Positions 27,700 through 41,775 of a stretch of DNA of 64,000 nt are shown piece after piece. The notes under the pieces were generated by a model. That model ran no database searches. It saw only the letters and a list, made by a program, of their open reading frames with translations, and had not been told where the DNA came from. The stretch covers positions 1,984,001-2,048,000 of the forward strand of contig CP075497.1 in NCBI GenBank assembly GCA_021613535.1, written 5' to 3'. Position 1 is the first letter of the stretch, and every line of letters begins with the position of its first letter. This stretch comes from Adineta vaga (taxonomy: Eukaryota; Animalia; Rotifera). A program made the position numbers and the translations under genes.

Positions 27700-30415
27700 T
27701 TTGGACTCGAGGGACATTGTGTTTTCGTGCTCTTTTCTGGAGAAGTTTTTCTGAGGAATCCGATGTGGTGAGAAATGAATACACAGTGTGCTTCGAAGTC
27801 GTATTTATCGTACAATAATGTGTTTTGTTTTAAGCTCTTGATTTCCGACCGTGAGAGATGTGTTTATCATCTAAGTTGTTGATTTGTGTATGTCCGAGGT
27901 AGCGAAATCCCGTGTTTGAAATGCACTATAGTTTATCAGTTGAAGTTTGACGGGTATCATATGATATTTTGTGAAACTGTCTACTCTTAGTATAATGTCT
28001 TCTGAAAATTTTTCAATAGTGGAAAGGTTATGAAGAAGAAGGACGACCGTCGATGCGTCTTATGAGCCTTTTAATGGGTCCGCTGCACTTATTCGCATCG
28101 CTGATCTATTAGAAACGACTGGAAAATTATTTCTTAAACATTCTGTTGTGCATGAAAACGTAGCAAAATATTCTTCCGAACTTTATTTTGAATATTTCTC
28201 ATAATAGAGAGTTTAGTTTAAAGTCTGAGTGCCTCACAAATCGTTACTATGTTTGTAACGTTAAAGAGTTGGGATTGACGTCAAGATAAAATGGATGACG
28301 AGTTTGACAACTTTATTTAGTTGCTTCTTTGATTTGACGTTTGATGTCTAATGATAGAAAGATGTTTTGTATTCGTACATCTTTCAAGATAAAAAAGAAA
28401 GTTTTAGAGAAAAGAGTGCATCTCAGTCTCAACTAACTAATGTTTAGAGACACAATTTAGGATGCAAATCGCATCTGGATGCAACTTCCGATATATTCGA
28501 GCTTCAATGAAAGACGGCGAAATGCATTTGTAAACACAAAGAGTGTTTCATGTTTACATAGTGACCCGTACTTATAGTCCCTTCCTATTCATTATCATTC
28601 TGAGAATTACAAGAGTATGATTAATTCGCGAGTGGTAAAGTCGTTCTGTCTTGAGTTTACACATATTTCTTTTTGAATATATTCATCATCGTTTTCGATG
28701 AAACCGACTATACTAGATCTATCGAAGTTTTTCATGCTGTGCATTCAAATAATTACACATGATAATGAACATTTAGTTGCTGAATGTACATCCAAAATAG
28801 TTTCTTTATCTAATATGACGATTTTGTTTATTTGAGAAATCAATGTGAATTGCCTTTCTGAATTAATCGATTGTGATGAACATTCTTCTAAAATATACCA
28901 TCGGCGCATGTATCATGACATTTATTTCATTGAACTAATGGCATATTGATCACTGACTTTTTGACTATGAATATATTGATGAAGTATATAATTGTCATAT
29001 TTACACTAAATGAAAATTTTCTTTCATATAATATTGGTATTTTAACAAAGATAGGATTATATCTGACATGAACTAACAAATAATATCTAACATTAGTCGA
29101 AAAGAGATAAAAAAAATTAATGATAAACTTTGTTTGGTTTGATTTAATCAATTTGGATTGCAATGCTCTAAATATATTTGTAAAAAATATCGAATTCGTA
29201 TAATAGTTACCTAAAACCTTTGAACAATTTCACAGCATCCAAACAATGAGAATTCAAACGAGTGTTGCATCATAATCAAGATAAAAATGAAGACATTATC
29301 AAGCGTCATTCGAAAGACGAGCTTGTAAATTTTAAAATAATCGATTGTCATAATTAGGTAAATAACTATTGAATCCATACAAAAAATTCAATAAACTCTT
29401 TTTCTTTATTCATTAATACTTGATGTTTCCAGATAAAAACTTTCTCTTCTATCAGAAAACATATACATTTTGACCAAAAATATAGAGTATATGATTGTTC
29501 GTTCTTTTTTCAATGTTTTAAATTCTAATGAAAACAAATAATAATGTTGATGTCTTGCGTAGAAGAAGTTTTTCTTTTCTACTTTCATGGCAAAAGAGAT
29601 AAAAAAAACTTCCATGTTTAGACTTACGAAATGAGAACAAAATTAAAAATGAACATTTCGTAAATCTCATCTATATTTCTACTCATTTTGTTTCTTATTT
29701 ATAGACAAGCAGTAATTTATTAGAACAACTCTATTTTCATTTAATTATCATAAGTGTTCTAATCTTTTTTGATCATTGTCTTTGAAGGTAATATTTGTTT
29801 AAAGCATCATGTGATATATCCTTCTCATTATCGACTTTCGATAGATCCCTATTATTTTATTCTTCTATAGAATAATGTTGTCTATTCATTTATGTAAATC
29901 TATGTTTACAATAGAAGACCTTCTGGAATACTCGACTGTTTTTTTCGAAACCTATTTAATTCTCATTTGATCGTATCTTACGTTAATATTACGAGAAACT
30001 ATGTTTTATTTCAGATTCTCTCAACATTAAAAATCTATTGTGGAACACTTTCATATTATTTTCCTTCGACACAATCTGAGATCAATTGTCTCTATACTTT
30101 CCGAAATATACACAATACATTATGGCTTTCTCATATAGCTCAATGGAATATTTACTCGTTGATAATTCAATATATTGTAATCAATTGATTTGTTTATTAT
30201 CGTGTGTTCCATAATTTCGTTATTTATCAGCAAATTTATTACGTCAATATGGTCCTACACAACCAAATTTATACGACATGATGTTGATTAATTTGACATA
30301 TGCATCTTTTAAATTCAAATCCGAAGCAGTTAATATTTTTGAACAATTTTTTATCAATCATTTTCCTTCTATTGAAATTTTATTCATCGCATCAGATATT
30401 AGATGCATGAAAGCC

Positions 30416-32652
30416 AACTCTGAAAATAAAAAAGGAGTTTTTCAGAACCTTTTTGGGGATTCGGCCCGCTGGTAAAATTCAGAACCCACAAAAAGCTTCT
30501 GGCTCATAGAGGGTTCTGTTAATACCTAACAGAACTCTTCATTATTCTATACAAAAATAAGGTTCAGTCTGACATAAAAGATGTGTTAAATGGTTTTTCA
30601 GAAAATTATTTTCTCTTTATATCTAGGTTGATTTGTACACACATTCCAGTGTTGCAAGTGCGTCTGTTTATGTTAAGCTCTCAAATAGACCGAAAAAGTG
30701 AATTAAGCTACAGTCGAATCACGCTTTTTGCTTGCTGCCGATTGGCTCAATTCAGCCCTAACCTAATTCACTTTCTCAGTCTGTTTTTGACCTTGTAATA
30801 TAAACAAACGCACTAACAGTACTTGAATACGTGTACAAATCAACCTAGATATAAAAAGAAAATGATTCTACTTCTTTTGTTTCTAATATCACACTTACCA
30901 TTTCTCTGCAATATAGATCGGTCTAAATATAAAAGAAGAAAATATTTAGTTTTCTATATAAAATATAACTCACATTTCGTTAGACTTCGATCTGAATCTA
31001 AATGACAATAGAAAATATTTAATCTAAAATTCAAACTGTCACTCAACTTTAATCAGATATGGCTATGAACCTAAATGATAACACAATACTTAGTTTTTCA
31101 TTTTAAATATAATAACATAAACATTCTCGCTAAAAGCTATGATCTTCTCAATATCTGCTGCTATCAGGGACTGATATTTAGTTTCGAAAGCTGTCCGAAT
31201 AGAAAGAGGCATTGAACAAGTCGTATTGAATATATCTCTTGATAGCTTCTGAAAGACTTGAAATCTGTGGATGAAATTCGATGTAGATTCCGATAACATT
31301 CTAAGAATCTGAGTACTGCTCAAGCCAAAAACAAAAGTTGGGTGTAGCAATTAAAAGAATTTTTTTTCGCAAACTTCAATCACAAAATGTTTTTGGTAAA
31401 AAGTCACCATTTGGGTCACTTATCATCTTTCATAAGTTTCATGCGGGACCCATCCTTTGAAGTTACGTTTTCGAGTATTATAAAATCCTCAGCTCGTCCC
31501 TGTCTGCTGGTCTCATTATATAAAGATATCTTCTATGCTCAAGGGTATACAAATACCCCTACATACTATTAGTTGATGACTGCGTGATATCTCTACATAA
31601 TCGAATAGAGGAATCGCTGAAAAAGATCATTTTATTTGTAAAGAATATTTTTAAAAGATTGAGCTCGGTGAAATGATAAACTTTCGAATAGTTCTTTAGT
31701 TCATTTCATCAGAGTTCATGGACTTGAGCTGATCAACTCCTACCCTCTATTGTTGACATAACATATAAGTTAGTTTGAGCTATATTAGAGTCGTTCTCTG
31801 TTAACTTGTAACTGGCCTGAACATGATTTTTTTACATGTAAGTAATGAGAGAAAAACCTCCCTCAGATTTGGATGACTGAAAAATTGCTTGGAATAATCA
31901 TATACTGATAGTGGACTCCCACCATCGTCGATGCAAAACATTAAGTTGCTCAGTTCATACCTAAGATCGTTATTGAAAACTTCAAATGGCCAAAGCATTT
32001 CCGTTTTTTGTTATGACAAAACTCAAAAGAGAAAAGAAATTTGTTAAATTGTTGTTGACTTGTATGAACAAACGAACATATATACATTTTTTGAGTGTGT
32101 GACTCTCTTCTTCAGTTGAGGAAACTTACGATACTCCAACATTCACTGGGGCAGCTATATCAGGTTGCGGATTTTAGAGAAGAAACTTTACGTTTAGTAA
32201 CGTCGAAGGAAAAAATCTCTATGATTCGATATTATCAGACCGAACCCTTTCAAACTGAGTATTTTTGGGCAGAACCCTTTTGGTTCAAAATAAATAAAAC
32301 AGAACTCTTTAGGGTTCGGGACTTAATAGGCAGAACCATTTCGATTTCTTACAAGCCTGCTCATAAGCTTACATGGTTTCGGATTGGTACACAGAACTTT
32401 TTAAAGTTCTGCAGTTGTACTAACGAACCAACTGGATTCAGTTTCGTCTCACGAAGGAGTTTTCAAGGTTCAGTAGAAAAATAACTAAACCTTCTGTAGT
32501 TTAAGGGATGACTGACAGAACTCTTCATAGTTCAGAATTATTGCCCAGAACCTTTCTTGGTTTCTCATATGTCATACAGAACTTTTTCTGGTTCTGGAGA
32601 TGTTGCAGAACCCAAAAAGGTTTTGGATCACTCCTTTGCTTCTTTCAGAGGA
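30416..32652. mobile_element. ~2.2-kb degenerate CACTA/EnSpm-type element
   Basis: TIRs ctctgaaaataaaaaaggagtttttcagaaccttttt versus the reverse complement of aaaaaggttttggatcactcctttgcttctttcagag (about 29/37 identical). Many subterminal AGAACC/GGTTC repeats. The host reading frame resumes on the far side. Confidence 0.8.
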
Positions 32653-32815
32653 TAGATAAAAATAATTAATATCATTATATTTATCAAATTTACGTATTTT
32701 TAATGTTCGACTAGTACCGATCGGTCCACAGAAAGAATATCGAAATAGAGGATTTTGTTCAGTTTTCGATGCTGTATCTTTTAGTACATTAAACGAATAA
32801 TTTCATAAAGCTCTC

Positions 32816-33087
32816 CCCAGATCGACAAATCCGATATGGGATCCGATAGAACCTTATAGGATCCAACGTTCCGACAAAATCCTATCGGATTGCTGGTGAC
32901 GGATCTGTATTGGATTCCGTCAGTAGAATTTCCGTCGGAAGCTGCAAATTTTATGAGCGTTCTTTTTAGCTATATTTTATTCTGGTCTTATGGCAACCTG
33001 TCAGATCCGTCGAAATCCGTTTTTTCGAAACTATAGTATCCTATGTTGGATCCGATAGGATTCGAGTATCCGATTGGTCGACCTGGG
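32816..33087. mobile_element. CCCAG...CCTGGG MITE, 272 bp
   Basis: TIR CCCAGATCGACAAATCCGATA versus the reverse complement of TATCCGATTGGTCGACCTGGG (18/21); GGATCCGATAG repeats. Confidence 0.85.
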
Positions 33088-34612
33088 TTAGAGTCTAAAT
33101 AAATCTCGATTTCTGGGCATATTTTTTGACAAATCTCAAAATAGTTTCGGGAGTGGTTGTCAGTAAAATTTATGTATTTTTTTATTCGTTCAACCAGATG
33201 CGCTAAAATTTGGATCTCGAGGTTTTCAATGATGCTGAACAAAATCAAAACATGAAATAAAGAAAAGAAATTTTGACGAGTGTTTCTTCTCTTTAAGAGA
33301 GTTTTTTAAAGAATATAGATGCGTTAATCATCATTATAGTTCTTTCAGAGAGGGGTCAGCGAATCCTACGGATGAGCGTTACTTGTCATTATAAACGAGC
33401 ATTATAACATGTTATGGTGATACATTGAAAAAATAAAAGCTTTATTTTTCTTCTGTTTGTAAGTTATTTGACTTTTTTCTAATAAATGAAATCAATAATT
33501 TAATTAATGAAAATAATTCTTATCTTATTGATAAAACAATCATTTTTATGATTTATAAAACAAAATCTTTAGTTTTAAAACAATTCAGACGATAGGATTT
33601 AATATTTTGTAGATATGTAGAGAAATGAATCATCGATTCAATTCAAAATTGTTTCAGTAAGACATAATTTATCGATAGATTTTGAATGTGTATGACTTAT
33701 TTGAAATTATTATTCTTATTACATACATTTAAATTTTGTTTTGATTTTACTGATGATAAACTTAAAATTAATGAAAATCTAGCAAAATGTCAAGAATTCG
33801 AAACAACATTTTGGTATCAACATCATTGGTTTGTAAACTATGGAATTGATGAATTTAGATTATTCATTTATACAACACCATATATTCGTAAAGAATATAA
33901 ATTATTTCCATCAACCGAAAATTTTCTTTATAATTTTAACGATGAAAATGCTTTCGATAATGTTACACAATTAACTTTATACGAAAATTTAAATAACACT
34001 TAATCACGTTATTTTCGAAATGTTTTATAATTAATATTAAAAAGTTTGATGAATTCTTATTTATATTAAAAAGATATCCAAATTTATCAATGATCAATTT
34101 AGGATACATTGGCAATGAAATATATTCATGGATTCAATTAAATGCATCAAGTTTAGATATTAATATTGATTTTAAATTGTCAAACGATAAAGATCGATTA
34201 ATAACAAGACGAAAATCATTTAAAATTGATCTAATTGTGGATTTGATCTATTATATTGTTCTTTTGTTAATATTAACAAATAAAAATTCATGTTTCTTGT
34301 TTGTTTATTATATGATCATTTTCTAATACAGTTCTCACAAAAATTTGATTACATTTCTCATCTTGAAAAGGCAATGATTTGAGGTAGAAGAGTGTCGAGA
34401 ATATGTTCATGTCGATTCTTAAACAGATGTAATACGTTTGAATATAATAGATCATTCATTGAAGTCTATAACTTACGATTTGACTCTATTGTATTATCTT
34501 GATATAATCATATTTTATTTTATGTACTTTGAAATACCGCTGAAAAAGAATCTAATAAGACTGTCTTCTTCATTTTAATGTATAAAATCCATTTGATCAT
34601 AAAATCTATTAT

Positions 34613-34671
34613 TGAAGATGGCGTGGGTGTGGATGTCTTGTATTCACTCACACCCACACCCACACCCTTAA
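34613..34671. repeat. Palindromic (GGGTGT)n..(ACACCC)n mini-element
   Basis: GGCGTGGGTGTGG..CACACCCACACCCACACCCTTAA. Relatives at 25297-25498, 62217-62278 and 62689-62798. Confidence 0.7.
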
Positions 34672-37245
34672 GTTGTTTTCTCAAGTCTATAAAAGTTGCT
34701 CAATAACATAAACATTTTAACAAAAATTGGAAACATTTCTATATACAACGCAAGAGAAAAAACACGTTTTCAATCTATTTAAATTATTCTCGAATAAAAT
34801 TGATCTCATTTGGAAAATCATGACTTGAATATTCTACATAAACTCTCAAACTTAACAAGTGATCTTTGATAATATATACAGTAATCACACAAACATCGAA
34901 TTTTTATAGAATTTCCATAGATTTTATGTGATAAAATATACTACCAAGTATGTGACTGACTGGTATTCAAATCCGAAGGATTGTTCTTGATACTTGTATC
35001 TATTTTTATTATTTGACCCGTGACAAGATCACAATCGCATACATTTTTATATGACTCTGCCTTTGATTGAGAGATGATAAAATTGTTCATTTATTATTCA
35101 ATTCATGTTGAACATTTGTATTTCGAAATAATTCTATCTATACTTACTCGAGTAAGAGAAAGAGAGTTAATAATAGAATGGTTAAACACAAAACAATGCG
35201 AAAAAGAAAGAGGAAATAGGAGTTTCCGATTATAAATCTTGATTAAGATATTATAAACTCTAATAATAACCTTAGGATGTAATAAGATTAAAGACATATT
35301 CATCCAAACAATCAAGAATATCCTATTCTCCAAGTGTTATATTCCTTTATGAAATACAAACTCCAAGATGTGTTGAACTCTAGTGCTGTTAAAGGTCAAA
35401 CTATTGTCATCTCTCTAGGCATCCAGATAATTCCCAATTGTCAAGAACTAAATTGATCCGAATTACAGAAACTATTTATCGTCGTTCGTATTTCTATCAA
35501 TACTAATAGTTCTCTATAATTATCTCTCAATTAGTTCTCTTGTCTTCAGTGAATCGAAACTAATCAATAAATCTCCTTAGGAATGTCAATTTATAGTGCC
35601 AATGATATTAGAGTTTTTTCAGTAGTATACTCTTAGGTAAGATATATGTTGTCTCGAGGTCATAAGAAACTTCGACGCTATTATTTACATTATAAAGCTT
35701 ATAATGAATTCGATCGCATACACAATAAAATAAACAGACGGAAAATAACATCGATATATATCCTCTATAAACAAATCATAATCGAGGATACTACTAAATC
35801 AATTTCTTCTGAAAACTAATCGTATATCTAAACTTCTCTATTTCTCGTATTATATACAAGTTACAATATATATGAAAAGAAAAGACGAATTACTTAAGCT
35901 CGAAATGATTAACTATTAATTCATTCTAATAGCAAGAAAAGTAATACTCAAATGTAATAAACTAGTAATATAGACTATATCTAATCATTTTCATCTTTTT
36001 CGCTTATAGCAAAATTAGCCGTTGAGAGAACATATACATTCTCGCATATGTTCACAATTTCTTTCCTTTCTCATCAAATGTCTTTCATTAACCATTCATG
36101 CGTATGAAATCAATCTCTATTATTTATGATGCTATCGGCGAACAAAGCGATTCGAATTCTTTTCTAATCAAATGATCAATGCTTGAGTTAGTATAGAAAG
36201 CGAAAATTCTATTTCAATCGAACATATATATTTAATAAATCGAAAGAAAAAAACATGATAAAAAATTCTATTTATAAATACATTTAAGCGAAGAATTTCT
36301 GTAAATCATTTCCGATCAATGTACCATCTGTTGATTGTCATTCATTTTCTCCATTCAAGTACTTGTTTTGACATAGAACAAAGCATAACAATAGATTCGT
36401 TAATGAATATACTCCTGTAGATAGATTGTACGAGAATGTCATTTGATGACCTCGAGTAACAAATACAAAGAATATTAGACTAATTAAGCTTTTTGCCGGA
36501 TGTCAACCATAGTCAACGATGTCATCTTCAACTCTAATCGAGTTGGATAATATTATCATTTTCTTTTCGCTTTCCCAATGGAATCATTCGAACATCTTCG
36601 ATGCTCTTTTATACATCAATTAGTCTTCCAGGAAGATAGATGAGAGTAATAAAAAGAAAATATTTCGAAATATTCAAGGTTGATGACATATGAATGGATT
36701 GAATAAAATATTTATGATTTTTGAAAAGACCATGACGAAGAAATTATGCAAATATAAGAGATATATTAATATTCTATTATCATTAGAAAATCATTCAAGC
36801 TCAAATAAAGAGAAAAGTGTCTTTTGTTTCAAAATGTTCACTGATGTGATCATTCCTTCTATGATATTTGAACTAATGAAAAAAACATTTCATATTTACT
36901 CTTTCGCTCTCATGTAGAACACCCGAGACATAGTAAAGATGATTTAATCAGTAGTATAACATCGCTTACAGCGTGTGATGATCGATTACTCGATCACACA
37001 CGTACTCATTATTCCTTATCATCGTGTTCAATAGAAATTGTATCACTCATCAACATACATACATATATATATATGTGTGTGTATACATAAAAATGACAAT
37101 AGTAGAGAGGGAGAGAGAGAAAAACTAAGACGATTTTTCTTTTCTTGTTGTTGTCGTCATCGTCGTCGTTTTTCTCTTTGACGCAAAATCAATTATCTAG
37201 ATGCAATTTTATCTTCAGAATTTTCCTTAGTGACATTGTCGCCAG

Positions 37246-37278
<33 letters not shown>

Positions 37279-37676
37279 AAAAAGAAAGAAACCAGGAAGA
37301 ATGAGGCGTACTGTGCGTATGTATATTAAATATTGAATTGTTCGAAGATTGACATCGACGAACAAGAATATCTAAATCTATAGTTCTGTTTTTTATATTC
37401 ATTTTTTCCTCTTTTTCCACTTGATTAAGATGCAGACAGAGGGAAAAAATAAGATTCTATTTTTTTTATAGAGTGACGATGAACCATATAGATTTATTTT
37501 TTCCGTTCTTTTCTTCTTCTCTCTTTCCTTCTCTCGACATCAAAGTATTTAATCAATAGAAATATTGTATGTGTATTTTTATAGATACATCGAAATGATG
37601 TGATCATTGTATCGCCTGGTGCACACGTCTCTTCATTACTATTGTTAACAATTTTCGATCATACTCCAATAAAGAA

Positions 37677-40600
37677 ATGGCGTTATTAAAGTAAGTTTAT
37701 TTTTCTCCAGGCGTTTTCAACAAATAGAAGAACTAAGTAGTTCCCTTTTCAAATAAATATGTATAACTTGTCTTTGACAAGTTATTTCTAATTGCATAAT
37801 GTTCTAAGTAGAATAATTGTTTTTTGATAGATTTTGCTATGCATACTAAATAGTTTGCGAAAAGAAAAAAACACGATTAGTCTTCAAGTATATGCGCATT
37901 TGTAATTGTCATTTTTGCTGTCTAGTTTATCTAATCAGTCTTGTCATTTTCATTCAAATGATCTCATCGAAGTATCGAAGCGGAAATCATCAATGTTAGA
38001 AAACGGAACTTATGCAACATATTTCTAATTATCCGTTCTTTTTCTTTTCTTACTTGTAAACTATAGCCGATAATGATGATAAGAAAGTTTTATATTACTA
38101 ACATGATTAGCACGAATGAGAATCTATGAATGATGTAACATCTTTTGAAAAATGGAAACAAAGACATCATTTGATTTTCAATGATCCTTTAAAACTATTC
38201 GAGATATACAAGTTATTCTTTCTTCTATCAATACAACTAAAGTGTACTAGTGCTGTTGACATATACATATATTGAAAGATAGATACTCGTCTTGTCGATC
38301 ATGAGAATGACATAAACAGAGATATTGTTATGACAGTTCTCATAAATATCCATCTCCTTGTCTTTGAAGGTGATAGACAGACAACTGGATATAGAGACAT
38401 ATACTTTGATTTCAACTCCCTCATCTCAATAATCATACAAATCTGTCTTTATCTACATTATACAGTTGATAGATGAGACAATTTGTTCGATATCATCTTT
38501 TTCTCTTTTCAAACGACATTTCTTTTATTCTATTAAGACCTTACTGTTGATCATAGAATCAAAACGATAGGATTATATATAATAAAAATGTCGATGAAAT
38601 CAAATGGTATTTATTACTGTATACATTCTTTGTCTATGTATAAAATAGAAAAGGAAGAGCTTAACTCATTGTTTTACGAACCGAATGAGGTCAATGTAAA
38701 ATAAAAACGAACGAAATCATTTTATCCTTCTATATTCGTCAATAAACTATTATAAAAAGAAAAAGAAACCTCCGAAATCTTTTCTCAGTTTTTCTTCTCT
38801 CTCTCTCTCTTGTTAATGTACATTGATATTTCAAATTGATATTCGAATAAAACGAGAGATATGTATGTAATAATATGATATCATCATCATTTGGTAAGAA
38901 GAACTCATCTTTATATTCGTAATAATGAGTAAAGAATCGATGTACGATGTAACACGTTTACATCTAGGGTAGCAGGACAGGTGATGATGTTCATTTAGAG
39001 AAAAAAGAATATGACACATGTCATGAAAGTTAAAGTAATTGTAGTACAATGACGTTCTTTGAGAAAAGTATTCAGGGACATCAAACGACTGTACATGGGT
39101 TTTTTTTTGTGTTTAATAAGGAATGATGATTAGATAAAGTTATAACTAATCAGTCGTCTGAGACATTTGATGAAACAAATTAGATGTTTTATCCATGTAA
39201 AGTCATGTTCAATTAGGGTAATTTCAACATATATCACCTACTAGTGACATCTATTATAAATTTTATTTCTCTTTTATTTCAAATATAAACAAAAACCATC
39301 GAATTTCTCGTTTAATTATTAATCACAACGATTTTGTAAATATATTTGATAATTTCTTCAAATTTATCTCTTCCTAAAATCCAATGAAAAAAACTCAACT
39401 GAAATTTTTGTCTTTGTGCATTGCAATGTTTCCATCTATTTCTATAGATCATTACTTATGTCGGCAAAAAATCGGGATTATGATCCGATGTCTGAGGATG
39501 GTTATGATAGTAAAATTCCATTACACAATGATGAAGCTTTTCAACATGGAATACAATTCAATGCGAAAGTAAAATATTGATTATTAATTTTCAACTGCAA
39601 AATATAATTTCTGTCTTTAGTTTATTGGTTCATTGGAAGTACCGAAACCAACAAGTCGGGTAGAAATTGTCTCAGCCATGCGACGTATTCGAGTAATTAT
39701 GAAATTGTTTATTAAATTTGAATAAATTCGATTCTTTTTTTCTAGTATGATTTCAAAGCAAAAGGCGTGAAAAAACGCAAAGTGAATTTATCAATCTCAA
39801 TCAATGGAATTAAAGTTTCCCTATCGAAAAAAACGAAGAAAGAATTGTATATTGATGAAAGTGATATTGTAATTATGCAACATCCAATCTATCGGTATGA
39901 ATTTCAAAACAACCAACCTTCGAAATAAAAAAAGTTCATTTTATTGTTTAATTTTAGAGTATTTTATGTTTCACATGACAGTCAAGATTTGAAAATCTTC
40001 AGTTTTATTGCACGTGATCATATTAATAATTCATTTCGTTGTAATGTTTTTAAAGCATATAAAAAGGTAAATCTTGTCTAAAAACTAAATGGTTCGATAA
40101 ATTTTCTTTTAGAATGAAGCAATGCGTATTGTTCGTACAATTGGTCAAGCTTTTGAAGTTTGTCATAAATTAGCATTACAACAACGTCAACAAAGTACAT
40201 CAAATTCGACCTCTAGTCCAACTAAAATCAATGCAATACCTATTGAAGACGACACAATTCGTATAGTTTCTCCAATCAATTCTTCTTCGCATAATCTCTC
40301 AATTTCTTTAGCTCAACCAATTTCTCAAGACCAACTCGATTCCAAAGAAAAAACCGATCGTTATTTACAAAGTGTTGATATTCCTTCGGTAAAACTTCCT
40401 TCTTTTTTTTTCAAAACGAATCACTTCATCTCATTCATTTCTTAACAGTCACCAATAATTCTTTCGGAAAGTAAATCAATGAATCTATTTCCAACACATT
40501 CATCAAGTGAATTTACACTTAAACATCAAATGCAATTCATGCAAGAGCAATTACAACAAATGCAAAATGAATCAGAATTAGCATTTAATCAAATCAAATT

Positions 40601-41283
40601 AATCAAAGAACAATTAAATATTGAAATCACTGCACGAATCGATGCACAAGTAGTTTGTCAAAGAATATACATCAGATCGTTTTCTTAACTTTCAAATTCT
40701 TTTCTTTTAGAATAAAAATACTCAATTACTTCAACGTAATCGTGAATTATTAACTCATATTCAACAGATATTACTTTATACTAATGAACTTGAAATCAAA
40801 TTAACAAAAACAAATCATTTTGATTCATTAAAACTTCTTCCAACACGTCCAACTGATTTACATTTTGTTCCAACTCTATTAAATCAACAAGGTCTATCAA
40901 GTGATTCACCTGATTCGGGTAAAGGAAAAGAAATTTCATCGGAAAGTATATCCGATCCATTTACATCGAATCATTCTAATCATCAACAACAATTACATAA
41001 TTCAACCAAAACGTATTCAATTCATGATGATTTAACAACTCAATCAATCTCTGTTAATGAATCGTCACAACATACACGAGCATATGGATCATCATCACCA
41101 TCGTTAGCTTCATCATCTTCATCACGTTCATCATTGCGTTCAATGAAAAAAGTACCGAAAACTAATGAACAATATATTTATCATCCAATAAAATCTACTG
41201 GCTCATCTTCATTTACAAATTCAGCGTTTAGTCAAAGTCCACTTCGAACAGTAACCAAAGAATTTGATCCATTAATGAAATAA
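37677..41283 (+). CDS. NOS1AP: CAPON/NOS1AP (dyc-1-like) PTB-domain adaptor, multi-exon
   Basis: [18 protein letters not shown]|[24 protein letters not shown]|[18 protein letters not shown]|[15 protein letters not shown]..|[18 protein letters not shown], then a coiled coil with ARIDAQ. The first exon (MALLK, 37677) is uncertain; alternative start MSAK at 39458. Confidence 0.93.
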
Positions 41284-41601
41284 CAACAAAACAAAGAGAG
41301 AGAGAGAGAGAAACCTCTGTGTGTTTGTGTGTCTTTCAGTAGTCGTTCTTTTCTTTCTCAGTGCTTTCTCCTCGGTGTGTATGCGTAAGCTTTGTATTCT
41401 ATATCATATAGAACTTGAACATTAATATATTTTTTTTCCTTCTTTCTCTCATGTATCTATTACATCTATTCTTCTCTCTCTCTCTCTTAATTGTAGACAA
41501 TTGTCAGATATGTTTTTCTTTCTTTTTGTTTTGACGTTATAATTTTAGCAATAAAATAATATTACTTAGAAGAATTTGGGTTTTTTTTGTATCTCTGTAA
41601 G

Positions 41602-41681
41602 TAGACATGTATGTTCAGGACACACAGATATGAAAATCCCAAATTCATATACCCGAATTGTTCGGGTTTAGTGCATGTCTA
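41602..41681. mobile_element. 80-bp hAT-type MITE
   Basis: TIR TAGACATG(T/C)A..TGCATGTCTA with an 8-bp TSD TCTGTAAG / TCTGTAAA. Confidence 0.75.
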
Positions 41682-41775
41682 TCTGTAAATTTTCGTGAAT
41701 AATGTGAAGGAAACGAACTCGAATGAGAAAATCATATGATTTTATTCTTAATTTCAGATCGTTTGAAAAGAAAAC

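Larger units (their letters stand above)
29650..34200 (+). pseudogene. Decayed F-box/LRR-type gene(s) of a bdelloid-expanded family, interrupted by transposons
   Basis: FEQFFINHFPSIEILFI..MKA[TE]R*K*LISLYLSNLRIFNV (cf. ANRWEQLIS..L..LR.F) and FETTFWYQHHWFV..FIYTTPY (33686-34003). Confidence 0.6.

Noticed and set aside
32260-32630. Spaced CAGAAC(C) repeats resembling a CRISPR array
   Set aside because: Short, irregularly spaced and in both orientations; these are transposon subterminal repeats, and there are no cas genes.
37246-37275. (TA)n and other microsatellites
   Set aside because: Ordinary simple repeats.
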